DNA of 64,000 nt, from contig MWCB01000003.1 of the NCBI GenBank assembly GCA_002069815.1, forward strand, positions 1,438 through 65,437. Reading direction: 5' to 3'. Shown here one piece after another: positions 62,114 through 64,000 of the stretch. A model generated the notes under the pieces. The model ran no database searches, was not told the origin of the DNA, and worked only from the letters and a program-made list of their open reading frames with translations. This stretch comes from Tenericutes bacterium ADurb.Bin239. GTDB lineage: Bacteria > Bacillota_I > Bacilli_A > RFN20 > CAG-826. Position numbers and translations under genes: made by a program. Numbering within the stretch: the first letter of the stretch is position 1; every line of letters begins with the position of its first letter.

Positions 62114-63175
62114 ATGAAAAAAGACCCATTCGTAGAATATTTAAAAGAAAAAGATCCTTCAACAAAACAAAAGAAATATTCTTGGTATACCGCTATTGGT
62201 TTACAAAAAGTAGATGGTTTAAAAACATCTGATTATTTGAAAGAAGTTGCTAAAAGAAACATTGAAGGAGAGATTACTCTCGATGACTCTAAAAGACTGA
62301 TTGATTCTTATTATAAAGAAGCGCCTGACATAAAAAAAGATACCGAAGAAGCTGACAAAGTGTCTGTGAAAATAGCTAAAATTTTATCGAAAAAAGCTTT
62401 TACTTTTTCTGTGGTTGAATATGTTAACATTCATAAATTTTTATTTGAGGATGTTTGCAGTCATGCAGGCAAATTTAGAGAGCACAATATTACAAAAAAA
62501 GAATGGATCCTTGATGCAGATATTGTTGTTTATGGAAACGCAACTACATTAAAAGAAATTTTAGAATATGATATTAATCAAGAAAAGAAAGTTAGTTACG
62601 CTAGGCTCACCAAAGAACAAATAATAAAACATATATCAACATTCGTCGCCAATTTGTGGCAAATTCATCCATTTAGCGAAGGAAATACGCGAACTACCGC
62701 TGTATTTTTAATTAAATATTTACGATTATTAGGCTTTAACGTAACTAATGATTTATTTGCAGAAAACGCATGGTACTTTCGAAACGCCCTTGTGCGTGCA
62801 AACTACAACAATGCTTCTAAACAAGTATTCCAAACCACAGAATATCTAGAACTATTTTTAAAAAATTTATTGTATAACGAAAACAACGTTCTTTCTAATC
62901 GATATTTACACGTGAATTATAAAGGAAAACCGGACATTGGAGCAAAAAAGCCGGACATTGGACTAGAAAAAATGCCTTTAACTACTAAAACGAAAGGGAA
63001 TATAATTAGATTATTCAATAGTGTAAAAACACAAAGATTTGGTCGCAAGGAAGTTATCAAAATATTAGGGTTATCTCCATCTCGATCATCCGAACTTTTA
63101 AAACAATTGTTAGACTTTAACATAATTGTCCCTATACAAGGATATGGTAAGGGCAAATATGTTTCTAACATATGA
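62114..63175 (+). CDS. Fic/Fido-domain protein with a non-canonical active-site motif and a C-terminal winged-helix-like domain
   Basis: HPFSEGNTRTTA compared with the canonical HxFx(D/E)GNGRxxR. The N-terminal VbhA-like segment is WYTAIGLQKVDGLKTSDYL...IEGEITL. The C-terminus is GRKEVIKILGLSPSRSSELLKQLLDFNIIV. Confidence 0.8.
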   Translation: MKKDPFVEYLKEKDPSTKQKKYSWYTAIGLQKVDGLKTSDYLKEVAKRNIEGEITLDDSKRLIDSYYKEAPDIKKDTEEADKVSVKIAKILSKKAFTFSVVEYVNIHKFLFEDVCSHAGKFREHNITKKEWILDADIVVYGNATTLKEILEYDINQEKKVSYARLTKEQIIKHISTFVANLWQIHPFSEGNTRTTAVFLIKYLRLLGFNVTNDLFAENAWYFRNALVRANYNNASKQVFQTTEYLELFLKNLLYNENNVLSNRYLHVNYKGKPDIGAKKPDIGLEKMPLTTKTKGNIIRLFNSVKTQRFGRKEVIKILGLSPSRSSELLKQLLDFNIIVPIQGYGKGKYVSNI

Positions 63176-63205
63176 GACAAACACTTTCTAAAAGTGGTAT
63201 ACTCT

Positions 63206-63234
63206 TTGACAGGAACTAATGGCCATGCTATTAT
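63206..63234 (+). promoter_or_regulatory. Sigma-A-type promoter for rpmG-secE-nusG
   Basis: TTGACA (63206-11), a 17-nt spacer, then TATTAT (63229-34) preceded by TGC (extended -10). Confidence 0.65.
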
Positions 63235-63267
63235 TCCTTTACTATACGTCGAAAAGGAGTATAATAT

Positions 63268-63417
63268 ATGCGGAAAAAGATTCTTTTAATATGCGAAGTT
63301 TGCTTGTCGCGGAATTATAACACCTCCGTAAACAAGGCAACCCAAACAGAACGATTCCAAATTAGAAAATATTGTCCAAAGTGTAATAAAATGACATTAC
63401 ACAAGGAAAGTCGGTAG
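63268..63417 (+). CDS. rpmG: 50S ribosomal protein L33 (zinc-ribbon type)
   Basis: Own ORF call: MRKKILLICEVCLSRNYNTSVNKATQTERFQIRKYCPKCNKMTLHKESR. SD AAAGGAG. Confidence 0.93.
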   Translation: MRKKILLICEVCLSRNYNTSVNKATQTERFQIRKYCPKCNKMTLHKESR

Positions 63418-63427
63418 GAGAGAAATT

Positions 63428-63628
63428 ATGGGATTAAGAAAATATTCAAGCGAAGTTGTTAAAGAAGCAAAGCGGGTCCGCTGGCCCAAACCAGACGTGC
63501 TTTTCCCTACAATTGTCGTAGTTTTAGTTATTGTCTTTTTTGCTGCATTTATGTTATTTGTGGAAGACTTAGCGGTTGGAAAATTGCTTGGTGAAATTGA
63601 ACGTGTCTTCCAAGGATTTAAAAAGTAG
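63428..63628 (+). CDS. secE: Preprotein translocase subunit SecE
   Basis: 66 aa, EVVKEAKRVRWP followed by a single TM segment. Confidence 0.9.
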   Translation: MGLRKYSSEVVKEAKRVRWPKPDVLFPTIVVVLVIVFFAAFMLFVEDLAVGKLLGEIERVFQGFKK

Positions 63629-63636
63629 GTGCTGTC

Positions 63637-64000
63637 ATGAGCGAAAACATAGAAATGAAATGGTACGTTGCTTCGACTCAATCAGGTCAAGAAAACACGG
63701 TGGTTCATAATATCCGTCGTCGTCTTGAATCAAGTGACAAGGCTGATACGGTCGCTCGTATTATCGTTGCCGAAATTGAAGAAGAAGTGTTAAACAAAGA
63801 TAATAAAGTTGTTATTAAAAAACGCAACCTTTATCCTGGTTATATTTTCTTAGAAATGGAAATGAGTGATGAAATGTGGTTTCTCATTAGAAACACACCA
63901 GGAGTTACTGGCTTCATTGGTTCATCAGGTCGGGGCGCAAAACCCTTCCCCGTGGAATATGAAGAACTTGAACCAATTTTAAAACGCTTAGGTCACGTTG
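63637..64000 (+). CDS. nusG: Transcription termination/antitermination factor NusG (5' part, runs off the window end)
   Basis: Own translation gives MSENIEMKWYVASTQSGQENTV...NLYPGYIFLEMEM...IRNTPGVTGFIGS. Confidence 0.9.
   Translation, partial: MSENIEMKWYVASTQSGQENTVVHNIRRRLESSDKADTVARIIVAEIEEEVLNKDNKVVIKKRNLYPGYIFLEMEMSDEMWFLIRNTPGVTGFIGSSGRGAKPFPVEYEELEPILKRLGHV

Noticed and set aside
62008-63267. Labelling the Fic segment as a mobile element
   Set aside because: No integrase, transposase, att-like direct repeats or tRNA target were found. Only context and apparent composition suggest insertion, so it is reported as a finding and not as a mobile_element feature.

Overview
This 64-kb window is dense, mostly core chromosome from a low-GC bacterium that uses the standard genetic code. 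TGA clearly terminates tsaE, rimI, ligA and gatA, and Trp is encoded by TGG. Gene content and order look like a Firmicutes or Mollicutes-type genome and resemble Acholeplasma, but lineage cannot be proven without a database search. The supporting content is a lower mevalonate pathway with IDI-2, a PPi-type phosphofructokinase signature, gatCAB, Bacillus-like cysS-rlmB-sigH...rpmG-secE-nusG order, and no peptidoglycan genes in view.

Layout:
- 1-9.8 kb: MFS fragment, membrane GT2 synthase, and a tightly packed minus-strand operon (small membrane protein, TctA-like permease, mvk-mvaD-mvaK2-fni), then an MFS + glycerophosphodiesterase pair.
- 9.8-14 kb: glyA, pfp, hydrolase, tcdA.
- 14-22 kb: an AT-rich surface-glycan locus (GT-D-like, Wzy-like, lipoprotein, TupA-like ATP-grasp, Wzx, two GT4).
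- 22-25.7 kb: ung carrying an in-frame TGA, a TPP riboswitch with thiT, a Sel1-repeat protein with a membrane partner, and ygaC/ntdP-like.
- 25.9-29.8 kb: tsaE-tsaB-rimI-tsaD and asnS.
- 30-32 kb: an operon of three unknown membrane proteins.
- 32-39.5 kb: pcrA-ligA-gatCAB.
- 39.5-42.8 kb: a preQ1-like leader followed by queT-tgt-queA-queH.
- 43.1-57.9 kb: contiguous S10-spc-alpha ribosomal operons, with no rpmD.
- 58-64 kb: membrane protein, HAD, cysS, rlmB, sigH-like, a Fic-domain gene inserted before rpmG-secE-nusG.

No rRNA, tRNA, CRISPR array, transposase or integrase was recognised.

Most noteworthy:
- ung has a nonsense TGA exactly at its conserved Trp codon.
- Ribosomal protein L5 has an N-terminal extension of about 100 aa rich in Lys, Ala and Pro, and several other r-proteins are also extended.
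- The leader upstream of rpsJ has interleaved complementary segments with pseudoknot topology.
- The operon of three unknown membrane proteins at 30-32 kb has no assignable function.
- A non-canonical Fic gene interrupts a conserved gene order.
- A TctA-like permease is embedded in the mevalonate operon.

All family assignments come from reading motifs by eye. No searches or folding computations were run.
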